Shown one piece after another: positions 51,285 to 63,948 of a stretch of DNA of 64,000 nt; positions within the stretch are counted from its first letter, which is position 1; every line of letters begins with the position of its first letter. Source of the DNA: Selaginella moellendorffii. Taxonomy: Eukaryota; Plantae; Lycopodiophyta. Position numbers and translations under genes: made by a program. The notes under the pieces were generated by a model. That model was not told where the DNA came from and searched no databases. It worked only from the letters and a program-made list of their open reading frames with translations. Where the stretch lies: the NCBI RefSeq assembly GCF_000143415.4, contig NW_003314332.1, forward strand, positions 434,001-498,000, given 5' to 3'.

Positions 51285-52271
51285 CCAAATAAGTGATAGT
51301 CGAGTGCCTTGTTGCATACAAACTCGTAAACGAGCATTCTCTTGCCATCCTCGACGCAAAATCTTAGCAAAGTTACCAGGTTTCGGTGCTGTGCTCCACT
51401 CAGAACCTTGACCTCTGCACAAAACTCCTTCCCTCGGGTGCTGGCGAGCTTGTGTTGCTTCACGGCAATGTGTTGGCCACCTTTGAGAACGCCGTTGTAC
51501 ACAAATCCAAGTCCTCCCTCGGCCAGAAAGTTGGCCTGCGAGAAATTGTCTGTCGCCTCCTCGAGCTCAGCGTACGCAAACTCTCTCGTCTGTCTCTTGA
51601 AATCGCGGGGCTTGCGCTTGCAAACCGAGCAAAGTGGCAGTGCCGGGCTCCCGAGTTTTGGGAAGAGCGATCACTTCACCAGTCGTGTTACTGTGCATGA
51701 GGATCGTGTCGCAGTCCGAATCCCCTCCGGAGGATGGAAAGCGGCAATTCTTTCCATCCAGATTCATAGCAAATTAATTAAGAGGACCTAAAAACAGAAG
51801 AAGAAGAAAAAAAAAACTGTCTAGACGAAGATCTAAAAAGAATATATATAAAAAAAACCAAAGTTTAGATACGTTTAGATCCTCGCATGCCTTTTGAATA
51901 TCACTGAGAATTACAGTTTTTTTACAAATTTCTTCATCCTGGTTGCCAACGAGAGACTGCTTCTGGGGCACTACAACAATAAATATCAAAATAAAAGGCA
52001 AAAATGAAGAGAAAAAACTTATTGAATTTTGCAATTCCTGTGACTGTTTGCCGTAAAATCCCAAGATGTGTCAAGACGTCCCCAGGCTGAAGAATTCTCT
52101 CCAGCGTCCACTCCACAGCGATGCTTGACGTCTCCCCCAACGCATCAAAAATTACCATAATGTTTCGATTAGAAGTAGTAGCAGCAGTAGAACTAGAAGT
52201 AGAGGAAAAATGGTCAGGCACAGGTATGGCTGTGTTGCTCGGCAAAGGAACGCTAGACAAAGATTTTCCAT
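51285..52271 (-). pseudogene. Truncated USP-like + RLK/Pelle (PERK-2-like) kinase gene
   Basis: VIFDA...AVEWTL..ILQPGD; PLCSVCK, FAYAELEEATDNFSQANFLAEGG, IAVKQHKLAS, AQHRNLV, LVYEFVCN; no HRD/DFG lobe before the TMT 3' end. Confidence 0.8.
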
Positions 52272-52473
52272 CAATTTCTTCTTCCTATCTCCCTTTGATC
52301 TTAGATCTTGTGATAGATCTTTGCTTGAATTCTCCTCTCTCATTTTTTTTGGGGGTGGGGGGTGATCCTGGAATCCTTGCTTGGGAGAAGAGGAAGAGAT
52401 TCTAAGATTCTAACGCCGGGGATTCCACAAGTATCGAGCTACACAAAGAGGTAAGAGACAAGGGAGCATCGGG

Positions 52474-52538
52474 ATTCCCGCCCACTGGCTGCTTATAGCT
52501 TTACACGCGTGTAAATTTGAAATGGCGATGGCGGGAAA
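52474..52538. promoter_or_regulatory. E2F-type sites at the start of the OB-fold gene
   Basis: ATTCCCGCC 52474-52482; GGCGGGAAA 52530-52538; TTTGAA 52516-52521. Confidence 0.5.
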
Positions 52539-54978
52539 TGGTATTCTAGGGTTTATAGAATGGGCGAGGAGGGAGCTCGAGGAGTACCGGCGGCGGCACG
52601 ACGATGGCGCGGCGGCGCCCGGATGGGCGTGGATGATGGCGTGCGTCTTGTCGTGCTGCCAAGCTCATCCCCGCGGGGTCACGGAAGGGATCCTTCTCGC
52701 GGAGCTCTTCCAGGTGAGGATTTCTCGCTCGGTTCGAGGGATTTTTGAGGAATGTAGGTGCTGTTTGTGGATGATAGACCTGGGGCGAGAGGGAGCGCGG
52801 CAGAGGCAGAGGGAGGCTCGCGGAGAATCACCCGGTGATGCAAATGAAGAGGAGGAGGGGGGCTCGGTATCAGCATTTGGCCAATGCTGTGACTGTCGAC
52901 TCGATTCTGGAGAAGAAGTTTGTTTCTCTGGATGCCGTGATGGAGGTCGTTGTTCTGGACATCCACGTCTTGCCTGGTAAGCTCATTTAGCTTGGATTCT
53001 CGATTGATTGGAAAGTTTCCAGGGAGCAATGGCTATCTTCTTACGCTTGGAGATCTTTCCAGCGGGAACACAGTCGACCACTATCTGCACCGAAAGTAAG
53101 CCAAGAACTTCTGGTATTCGTCTTTACCTTCTTTTGTTGATGGCTTCTTTTGTTCATAGATTTTTTGACATGGTACAAGATGAGGAGGGAACTATTAAGA
53201 GAGGTCGAGATCTACGCATGACAGGTTGTAGGCTGAGAGTTGGAGCTGGATCGTGTGCTCCGCGTCTTTTACCCACAGAGCACCTAGTAGTCCTACTTGA
53301 CGAGGTGCAGTGAATGTTCGAATTTTTGTGAGTTAGCTATTGTTTTCTTCGCAGGACCAAGAACACGATGCAATGCTGCTCGGTGCCCAGTTTCTCTCTG
53401 ACACTTTCTCGTCTATACAACGTGGAGCTGCCGGAGATCACCATATTTATGCCAAGTAAGTGTTGTTTCGCGTGATCGATCGAGTATGGCTTAATCACTT
53501 TGTGACGATAGACTGGAAAAGTCCATGGAGACTGAGACGAACGGCGACAGAAGATGGAAAACAATCTTACTTGTTGATAGTGAGGGAATCACAGTGCCGT
53601 TCGTCCTGTGGAATGACCAGGTTTCTATCGCCAATTTGCTAAGGTTTCGTATCAGGCTTTCTGCTTTCGTAGTGAACATGTTTTACGTGATTGCAGTGAC
53701 GGAAGCATGTTGGCCCTTGAACGACCCTTTGTAAACTATGACACAATGGAGATAGGCCTGGAGTCTGGAACATGCACTCGGATCTATTGTGTGCCGCCCT
53801 GTCTTCAACTCGAGCAAGAGGTAAAACTGCGTTTACTTCGGAATAATTTTCTAATCGTTGTCAAAGGTGACAGTGGCGTCTGATCACGAAACATGTCTTG
53901 GATCGGAAGTGCTGATTCCAAGCAACCCACACGGTGCTGTTGATCTCAACGATTTCCCGGCTCGTGTATGTACAATGCAAATTTTGTCATTCCTACTGAC
54001 TGACGTGTGTAACTTACACGCAGCTTCTGGTAAAGGACTTGAGACCAAAGATGTTCAACCTTGCAGTTTATGGTACAGTAGCGTTTGTTGGTCGTCAGAT
54101 TTCATCTGCTAAGTGTAGGCAACCATTTATACTGTCTATTAACGACGACACCGGCATTATCGAGATTGAGCTTCAGTTCATGCTGGAGAGCTGGTAAAAA
54201 TGTTTAATTGTTTTTCTTTTAGTTTTGATTTTTTCTGAGAGTGACTTTGGCTGGCAGGTGTTTTGGCCAGGTTTATTCCGGACAACTTGTGTTTATATCG
54301 GGCCTTGCTACTTATGCAGACACTGGTGGAAGGTAAAAGAGAAACTATCTGTTCTCCTTAACGATATTTCGTTGCAGGATGAAATGTTCTTGGACCGAGA
54401 GCACGGAAGGAGCATCTTTCGTGAACGTTTCCCATCTCACTGCAGTCATCTCTTCCCCGTGTCTTCACAGCATTGTTCCTGTCTCTCGATGGTCTGGCTA
54501 TGGCCAGGTAGGAGAAATTCCTTTTAAGCTCTCTATTTGACCCGAGAAGATGATATCAGGTGTGCAGAGTAAGGGTCGAAAGAGTGGAGCTCCAGCTTCA
54601 TAAAATACACGGTGCTTGTGGTCGGCGTGTTACGGATGAAAGTGGCACTTGGTTTTGTTCTTTCTGTACACGCAGTTGCGATCAAGCGTCGCTCTCTTTC
54701 CACGCAGACGTCTATCTTTTTGACGTTGGAGAACCAGGCAGGGAAATTTGTGCTAGAGTCGATGGTGAGGCTGCGTTCAATCTTCTTCAAGTTTCTCCTG
54801 AGACCTTTCGTACTTGGCCCGAGGTATTTTCTGTTTCTGGACTACAAACTATCACTTTTGAGCTTATTATTCACAGGATGAGCAAGTGATGTACTTACTA
54901 AGTTTCGATGGTGAAGAATTCTTAGTGTCTTTTTTTCAGAGTCAAGGTAAACTCTGTATTGGTTGTGCCGTTAAATAG
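52522..54978 (+). CDS. Multi-exon OB-fold nucleic-acid-binding protein (CDC24_OB-type) with RPA1-C-like Zn ribbon
   Basis: PGWAW....LSCC.A...GVT.GILL.EL; KRGRDLRMTGC.LR, RLLPTE.LV.LLDE; C-terminal HGACG...WFCSFC, LLQVSPETF..WPEDEQ; many short GT-AG introns. Confidence 0.8.
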
Positions 54979-55427
54979 TTAAGCTAGTTGTTTTTTATAT
55001 TCAAACTTCAAATTGTGAGTAAAAATGTTGTTATCTGTTGAAGTAAAAAATTTAATTCTGGTTGTAAGGTTTTTTAATTTTAAAATTTAAATTTTTGCTA
55101 CAATTAATTAAAAAATTAATGTAAGCTATTGGGGAGGGATAATTATTTTTCCACAACATATTATGCAATAATATTCACAAAATAATGGTTAAATTTTTTT
55201 AAAAATAAATAACAAATATATATTTAAACCAAATTAATATTATTTTCATTGTTTAACTTCATATGCCTTTTAATTTTGTCAACGATATTTAAAAAAAGTG
55301 TTTTGGAATGCTATTACAATTGTAAAATGTTTATGTCAATATTATAATGCTAATAGCTGCAATAATAATGTTGTCAATTATAAAAAATCCATTGATCTAA
55401 AATTTAGTATAATTTGTAAGGTTTATA

Positions 55428-55884
<457 letters not shown>

Positions 55885-55894
55885 CTTTGTCAAG

Positions 55895-58365
55895 GTAATA
55901 CACTAATTATAATACTAAATTATATAGACCGTCCACTTGAGACTGAATTTAATCCATCCATTGTTGTATATAAACAAGAGTCTAAACCCTAATTATTTTT
56001 TTTTTCTATATCCTAACCACTTGAAAAGCATTGCACTTTATCTTTGAAGGGCGAAACTTTTTAACAGTGCTTTGCTCTAGTGTTTAGGATTATTCCTTTT
56101 GTTCTTATTTTTTCATTCTCTTTTAGATCTAGATCTGTATTAACTTTTTGCAATATCTAGAATTTAACTATCATTGTGCTTAAATTTGCTTTTTCTTTTG
56201 ATTTTCATTGCATTCTCTTCTTCTATCATGCCATGCTATCATCAATCAAAGAGTATGCCACTTGAAGCTGCTAATGCTACTCCGTTGGATCAAACTTTTA
56301 ATGCTGTAGGGTGTAATCACGTTAGTGCTACACCTATCCTTGGTGTGTTGCCATTTTTAACTTTTGTAAGACATGATTATATAACTTATTCTATTCTCGG
56401 TGTTTTACCATTTCTCGTTTATGTGGAGCATGATTGTGATATCAATTTGCGAGCTATGGATGATGCAATCTGGTTCTTAAAGAATGTTCAAGGATCGAGT
56501 TTATGGGAAGACAATGTGTATAAGCTTGAATGGATTCCAAATCATTTTAACGAATTTGATTATTATAGAGATAGCTTTGGAGATGAAATGGAGATTTCAC
56601 AAGATAAGTATCAATCCTTCAATGTACTATTTAATCTTTTCTCTTTACCTTCGGTTTTTCCCAACCTTATTTTCTATTTCTAGGCCTAAGCTACCTTCTC
56701 ATGTTTCTAGTATTTCTTCCTCGTCTGTAGTGTTTTTTTCACCTACCACATTAATCATTTATGACTCTGATAATTCTCATTCTCAATCTAGTGTTGAGTT
56801 GAGTGTTTTCTATCCTCCTTATACTAATTTAAATGTTGAGTGTGTGGATGAAGTTGAGAATCTTGTTTTTGTTTCATTGGTAAAGTCTTTAATTAATTCT
56901 AGTATTGAGTATTCCTTTATTCTAAAGGTTTATAGTCACTTTAGCTAGAATTTTGGGTTAAATGCATATCCCTACTTGTGAGTGTTGTTGAGAGCCTTTG
57001 TTTTACTATTGCTGCTAAAAAGTTTATGTGTTCCCTTGAAATTGTAGACGTTGTTATTGATTTTCTCATCTCAAGTGTTGAATTGTGTGTTGAGAAGATT
57101 GAGTAGTGTAAATCTTTTGCTTATATTATGGTGGCTATGATAGGAAATCCCTTATTTTCCAAGTTATAAGCACATGTCCTTCTTTTTATTTCCCCATTTC
57201 TACATTGCCAGTTGTTGTAAATTCTTTTTTGACACTTTTTTTATCTATTTTTTCTTCTTCCATAATTTTTTTTCCTCAATTTGTTTTGCTTTCTCCTTTT
57301 TGCCTTGACACTTCTACTTTTTTTTTCTTCGAAAGAGGGGGTAAAGGGGATGGACAGGAGTTTGGCCCTAACGATAGAGTAAGGACAAGTGAATATAGTA
57401 GTGACGCAAGGATAAACAATATAAATTATGGAGTGAGGATAAGTATAACTAGTATGAATGAAACATTTAATCCTAACATAGTGAAGCCGAACGGATGCGA
57501 TAATAGAGGCCAAACATAGATGGTGAAGTGAGGACGAGCATAACGAGTATAAACAAAGATAATGCTTCAGATTTTTTTTTTCCTTCGAAGAGGGTAAAAA
57601 GGATGTGGAAGATGAATAAAGTGAGTCTAACACTTTATTTCTCTCCCTTTAAGCCAACTGGAAAAAGGGCAATTGCTTGATAAAAGAGCCTTTAGTGGCT
57701 ATTTTATCAGGGTAAAAGTTTTATATATATATATATAAACTTTACACCATCCTTCCCTCCGGAAGATGAAAAAGTGATGATAATAAATTAGGTGGAACAT
57801 CTAAAGTTTCTGTTGGGCGATTACAAACTACTAAAAGAATCTAAAGTTCCCACAAAACCACTAACAAAGTTGTTAATAACCATGACTAAAACAAAACTTA
57901 AAGCTATAACATAAGCATCAGTCGACTATAGAATTCTGACGAATTAATTGTAACTTCGTATACAACTGCCAAATGATTAAATCAACCTTAAAGCCATAAC
58001 TTTAAACTAAAGCAAGAGACTTCAAGAACCACTATAGTCCATGAAATACTATTGCAACAACTAATACTTCCCATGTTTAAGTCCGCCCACCAATAATTCT
58101 AAGAGACCAACATTAACTTAGACTTAAGACCATAAGTAGAACAACCATTGTCCTCGTCTAGCACCACACATGGGATATTAGTGTAGCATATGTGATTATG
58201 GGATGAAATTTAGATATATTGTCACCATGGATCTTTGGAATCTTGGGGGATAAATGGGACTTAAGTAATACACTAACTATAGTACTAAAGCATATAAACA
58301 GTCCATTTAGGACTGAATTTAATCCATCCATTCTTGTATATAAGTAGGGGTTTAAACCCTAATTA
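55895..58365. repeat. Segment bounded by ~101-bp diverged direct repeats (55895-55995, 58265-58365); probable decayed element
   Basis: Shared GTAATACACTAA...GACTGAATTTAATCCATCCATT...TAAACCCTAATTA. Confidence 0.6.
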
Positions 58366-59352
58366 ATATACTTATTCCTTTATCCCAAGTACTCACACTT
58401 CAATTTACAAATACAATATTAAAAAATTTATTGGATAATAAATATATCAATAGGTGTTGATGTAAATACTAATAAAAAATATATAAAGAATTGGTATTAA
58501 GATATTAAAAATATTTTTTTTCAACATTTTAGACAATTATACTCAAAATATTTTATCTTATTTATTTGACTATGACTATTTGCCACTCAAGCCATATAAC
58601 ATAAAATATTTAACACATAAGCCTAATTCCTTGATCTCTCACCATAATGGCAGCCTCATGACACAAAATAAGCACACACACATGACCCAGACTCCCAGCA
58701 CACTACAGTATAAAATCTTGAAATGGGACATTGGTAGAAACACACACTTGTTCAAAGAAAAGAGCCCTGCACAAAATGGAAAATAAGGTAGCTTAATTGA
58801 CGAAGCCGTGTTGACAAAGAAAAGGCCGAAGCCTCATCGTCCACATCCTGGGATAGCATCAAGCCACACGTCACCTTGAAATCGCTCTTTGACAAGGACT
58901 GGACAAGGCAAGCTGATCGATACGACTTGGAGGAGGGCCAAGCTCTGGTGCCGGATGTGCCACCAGCCAAGCATACCAACAGGAATGTCCTGATGAAAGC
59001 CATTGAGAATGTCAGAAATCCCTCGCCAAAGTTTAGCGGTGTCGCTGGTAGCAGTGGTAGCAGTGGTGGCAACCAGCATAAGCGATCATGGTGGAGCAAC
59101 TACATTTGTTGCATGCCGAGAATCAGTTAATCATTTTTTGGACAGAGAGAATTTTTATGTCACTGCACCGAGCTTGAGCCAAAAAGTCAATGAAGGTCAA
59201 AAAATACATTGAAATCAATAAAAGTCAAGGAAAGACTGGTTAATAGATATTGTCTTTGTGGTAAGGACAATACCAATAATGGAATCTGCATTTCCAATGA
59301 CAATAATTTACTCCTCAAATAACTGCTTTCTCCCAGGTTTGGTAAGGCAAGT

Positions 59353-60285
59353 ATGGATTGGGTGACTAAGTTTGCAATTCTTTGCTCATTTCTAGCTCTT
59401 TCTGCAGAATCATACACAACAAATTTCTCATCAGATCGCAACACCCTTTCCACAGATGATATTCGCATCATCCTAGAAGCCATGCACGATGCTATCAAGC
59501 TCTTCTCTGGCGAGCAGTACTACCCAGTTGGATCCGCTTTCATCGATTTCGTGACCGTCACGAACAACGTTGTGGTCAACTTTATATTCTTTGTGTACGA
59601 AGGAGGCCAGGTCCCAGACTACTGCCGAGTAGGTGCTGATGGACAGCATTACATTCGTGGAAGAGTTCTCCAGGCCACCCTTGGGAATATACTCCACTAT
59701 TGCACAAACCAAATGCTCCTCTATGGAGCTAGCAAGATGTTATCAGTCATGGACGTTGTGGGTATAGACTATGTGATTGCACACACTGACCAAGGTCCCA
59801 CTCTTGATTTTTTCTATGATTATTCCAATACTTCAGTTGAAACAATGGAGGACTCTTATAAAACATCAATGCATGGTTTACCACGTAGAAGCTGCGTGAC
59901 TCGGTTCACAACGCTGGACAGTGGCTTTTACAATTTGCTTCCAAAGGGCTATCACTTGACCACATCAAATAATTACTACAGTTTGGGGGTGGAGGACGAT
60001 TGTAGTGTGGCGGTCAAAGCTGGTGGCAAAGAGATCTGGAGGAATGGCTATCCGCGGCTCAGAGATGTGAATTGTGGCCTCAGAATCCAAACGGATGGAA
60101 ACATGGTTATGTTTGAGCGATCGAGTAAAAGAGTGATCTGGGCTGTGAACAAGCTCTGTCAAGGTCTTTGCTATACTTTCCTTACCATCCAGGACGATGG
60201 AAATGCTGTGCTCTACCATGTATATAAACATAGCACCGAGATGATACCTGTGTGGGATTCGAAAACATATCATAAGCACAAATAA
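59353..60285 (+). CDS. Secreted protein, unknown N-terminal domain plus bulb-type lectin domain (310 aa)
   Basis: Signal-peptide-like start; QTDGNMVMF and QDDGNAVLY match the QxDxNxVxY mannose-binding motif; intronless. Confidence 0.88.
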   Translation: MDWVTKFAILCSFLALSAESYTTNFSSDRNTLSTDDIRIILEAMHDAIKLFSGEQYYPVGSAFIDFVTVTNNVVVNFIFFVYEGGQVPDYCRVGADGQHYIRGRVLQATLGNILHYCTNQMLLYGASKMLSVMDVVGIDYVIAHTDQGPTLDFFYDYSNTSVETMEDSYKTSMHGLPRRSCVTRFTTLDSGFYNLLPKGYHLTTSNNYYSLGVEDDCSVAVKAGGKEIWRNGYPRLRDVNCGLRIQTDGNMVMFERSSKRVIWAVNKLCQGLCYTFLTIQDDGNAVLYHVYKHSTEMIPVWDSKTYHKHK

Positions 60286-60889
60286 TATAAGAAAACAATG
60301 GTCATCTTGTCTCGATACTTTTCTCGCCTAACCCCTCACCGCGAGCCTTTTCTTGTGCTATAGATCTGGCTGTTCGTGTGATTCCTAGCAGGCCGCGATG
60401 GGATTCTTCCGGAGGATGCAGCAAGAAGGTATGGCACCGAGCCGAGTAACTCTTCTCACCGTCGGGTGAGAAATCAGTCAGCATGGGAGCGTCCAATCGG
60501 GAGCATGAACAAATCAGTCCGAGCGCCCAGGCGCGAACACAAAGAAATCAGTCAGTGTGGAGAAGACGACCAAATCAGTGGAGTGCCAATCGGAGTCAAA
60601 CTGGAGCGTCCAATCCCGAACACAAGGACAAAGAGGAACAAAAGACACTTCGTTCGATTTGCTTTCCAAGTGCCAGCTCGAGGTGGATCTTGAAATGTAT
60701 TTGATCTCCGTCCTTGGCTCGTCCAATCGATCAAGTGCATGCCAAAACTACTCAGCTGGAAGAAGATGCTACTGCATGATCTCGACCCACCCAGAGAACA
60801 ACGATGGAGCTAGAGCATTTTTTCTATCATGCGATTTAGGGTTCTCCTGGTCCAAAGACGATGGAAGACGATAATCTCTTTAGGAATTG

Positions 60890-62857
60890 ACGTATAGGGG
60901 TGGCCACCATTTCCAGAATCCGAGATCTAGATCTGAAAGCACAGGATTTGCTGCTTCTGTCACCTCAGTTATTGGCAGAGCTGTGCCAAACTGTGGGAGC
61001 ATCTGATGGCTTGATTGCTTACCAAATCCGCAGATTCCTGTCACTGCGGATTGTTGTGCTGCACTCACGGCAGCAAAAATCTTGAACCTCTCGTTGCCTG
61101 ATGTATTTTATTTCAGGTTCGCAATCGGAAGGCTTGAACGCGCGTTTATACATTTCTGAAAGAAAAGATCTGTTGGAGAAGCTTGAGAGTCTTGTTCGCA
61201 AAGAACGAGCAGTCCTCGTGCGAACCCCTCCTCAAAGTGGTAAAATATCTCTTCTTCAGTTGTTAAAGTACAGAACTGAATCGAAACTCAGCGACGTGTT
61301 CTGCATCAGCCTTGCAGGCATCAGTGGGCACAGTTTCGAGTATATGTGGCATCAGCACTATCCTCGTGAGTACTCAAGAAAGTTTATTTTATTCTCTGTG
61401 ACTTGCTGTCATAACTTGCAGATGTTCCAATCGAGAGGCTCAACAGCAGCGAGCCTACACTTGTACTTGTTGACGAAGGGCAAAGTGGGTTTCATGCTCC
61501 TGATATAACTCTATGGGCCAAGATTAAATCAGCGCAAGCCGGTGGTATGCTGCATATTGTGCTCGTCTCCAGCGTTGCGAGTGACGAGGATGATACTGAC
61601 GTACCGCCAACACCAATTATATTTAAACCAAGTTGCGCTGTGACCCTGCGGTGAGGTTTAGAATTATTCGCATGTAACTTGCGTGATTATCCTGAATGCA
61701 GGCCGCAACATGGTTGTGAATCTTCGGGTCTTTATCTCCATTTAAATGCTGAATGCATGGAATTATGGCAGAACTGGTGCAAATTCTGTGGATTTGTACC
61801 CAGCAACAACGATATCCTCTACTACGTGATGGAGGTTGGAGATAGACAACCAGGGCTCATGACACACATGCTTGACTGGCTTGTGAGGGGAATGTTAAAT
61901 GACAAAAATCGGGCAGATTGTGAGGAGTTTGCGAAGAGGGAATTGCTTTCTGAACGCTTTATGGAATCGCTATCTGAGATTCGAAGTATCTGCACGTAAG
62001 TAAAACTAGACACCTGATTTGATGTGATTTGGTTTGTGTTCAGGTTTCGTCATAGGTACTGGCAACCAGAGTATGCGGGTAGCCTCTCCAAATTATTGGG
62101 ATCTAGTTCAGTAAGTGTCAATTTCATGTTTCTAATTTAACTTTTGCTGCAGGCTCTGGGTTTTGTGAAGAAAACAGAGCTGTCGTCGGAAGTGCTGAGT
62201 GCTGCAAATATGCTGTTGAGAAGGGGTCAACTGGTGAGGACCAAAGCCATGAACTTTATGTTCCCTTCGCCTTTGCACCGTCACTATTTTGCATCTTTAT
62301 GTGCCACTGCAACGTTAACGCTGCCGAAGCTTCAAACAATGTGCATTGAGAGCTTTCTGGTCCATGTGATTCAAAGGATGAGTGCGGGACGTTTGGTGTG
62401 TTCTGAATCTCTTGCAACTGATGATGGGACAATATACGAGCGACAATACCAGAATGAGTTCTATCGGTATGTTGCTATTTATGTTGTGTTGGCCTAACTG
62501 AAAATCTTCTGTTACAGTGCATACTGCACACTTTTTGATGTGCCAATGTTCCTGGATGTTGGTAGACTGTACGGTGCGGCAGGACATGTTGATTTTTATC
62601 TCGCAGCTCTCAAATGGGCTTTCGAAATCGCTCGGGATGGTATCAAACTTGGGGAATTGAAGGGCCGCTACCATGCATTGATATCGAAGGGAGTGGTGAA
62701 GAAGTACATGGTAGTGAACATGGATGCAAGTGGTGTTGTTTATGAAGATGAGGTAGGATTGCTTCAGGTGATATTTGCAGATGGTTACAAGTGTAATCTT
62801 ACAAGCTTAAATGCTGTTTTATTATTAAATAAAAATTATATTTTCTGTAATAAATAA
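60890..62857 (+). CDS. Crinkler(CRN)-like protein: SAM-like header, P-loop NTPase and restriction-endonuclease-like domain; multi-exon, possibly degenerate
   Basis: VRTPPQSGKIS (Walker A), LVLVDEGQ (Walker B), FPSPLH, YERQYQNEFYR, GHVDFYL...WAFEI.RDG; start codon unresolved. Confidence 0.8.
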
Positions 62858-63602
62858 ATAATATATTTTATATAGTTTAAAAGTATTTTTTGCTATATAT
62901 TTATAATTTTAGAAAGATAAAATATATTAATTCTAAATAATCAATAGTCTATATATGTTTTTCTCAGTTTAAATTTGTAAAAACCTTAAAGATAATTCTC
63001 GAATATATAATTATATATTTAAAATATTTTATTACAATATTAAACATCATCTATAACTGGGATTAGATTAATTATTTTAATAACTTCTTAAAGTTATTTA
63101 ATTAAATTTATGTACAAATGAAAAATCTTGAAGTGTGACAAAGGTCTACAAAAATTGCTTTGTCACTATAAAACTGAAAGAAAAAAAGAATGTACTAACT
63201 AACTATTATAAATATTGACAACTAAAACCTAGAGATAGAGAGTGGCTAGAAAAAGCTTTTTCTAAGTTGCTTTTCCTCAAAATTATACAATCTAAAAATT
63301 TAAATGATCATATTCAATGTCTCGTTGGATGGATGAAGAATCTATAGAGGTGTCTTTTGAAGACTATTATAAAGATATGATACACTAAATACTACAAACC
63401 ATGTGCATAAAATCTTGATTTTAAGGTTGAAAATCCTTCTCAAATTTATTATAAAGCTCCTCTACCGAGAATATGTCTAGATCACCTACTATCCTTAACA
63501 TCTTTGTAGTGGACATTTGTAAAATCTCATTACTATAATTTGTGATTTGTTAATATTGGCTGCGTTCTCCATTTTCCTCCAGGTCAGTCAGCCCTAATAG
63601 TC

Positions 63603-63775
63603 AACCCTAATGGCCGCGGGATCCACGTGGCAGGGGCCGGCCGGCTCAGCCCAAGAGGCGGAGCAAAATTCCGCAAATTTTGAAAACGCGCGCGCAAGGC
63701 CCATGGGCGGGAGAGTCCCGGATCCATTGTTAGGGCTTGGGAGCCACAGCCCGGCTCGCCCTAGGGTTTAAGCAG
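63603..63775 (+). promoter_or_regulatory. GC-rich cell-cycle-type promoter
   Basis: Telo-box-like 63603-63610 and 63762-63769; G-box 63623-63630; TTTGAA 63679-63684; site II GGCCCA 63698-63703; E2F-like GGCGGGAGA 63706-63714. Confidence 0.55.
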
Positions 63776-63835
63776 GTGAGTAAGCTGGATTGCATCGCCA
63801 TCGCCTTGTGAGCTAGCCGCGCCGCCTCTCCCAGG

Positions 63836-63948
63836 ATGTCCGACTCGTGCCTGGATGTGGAGGGCTTTCCAGTCGGCCTCGACACGGAAATGCAGGCGCT
63901 ACCCGCCTACAATCGCAAGGAAAAGTCTCTGGGCCTCCTGTGCGAGAA
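63836..63948 (+). CDS. DEL: First coding exon of an atypical E2F (DEL/E2FE-like) transcription factor; continues beyond the window
   Basis: MSDSCLDVEGFPVGLDTEMQALPAYNRKEKSLGLLCE followed by GTAAGT donor; not in the ORF track. Confidence 0.85.

Noticed and set aside
58876-59130. Small protein ending SWWSNYICCMPRIS
   Set aside because: Protein-like, but no clear in-frame start or recognisable homology; left unannotated
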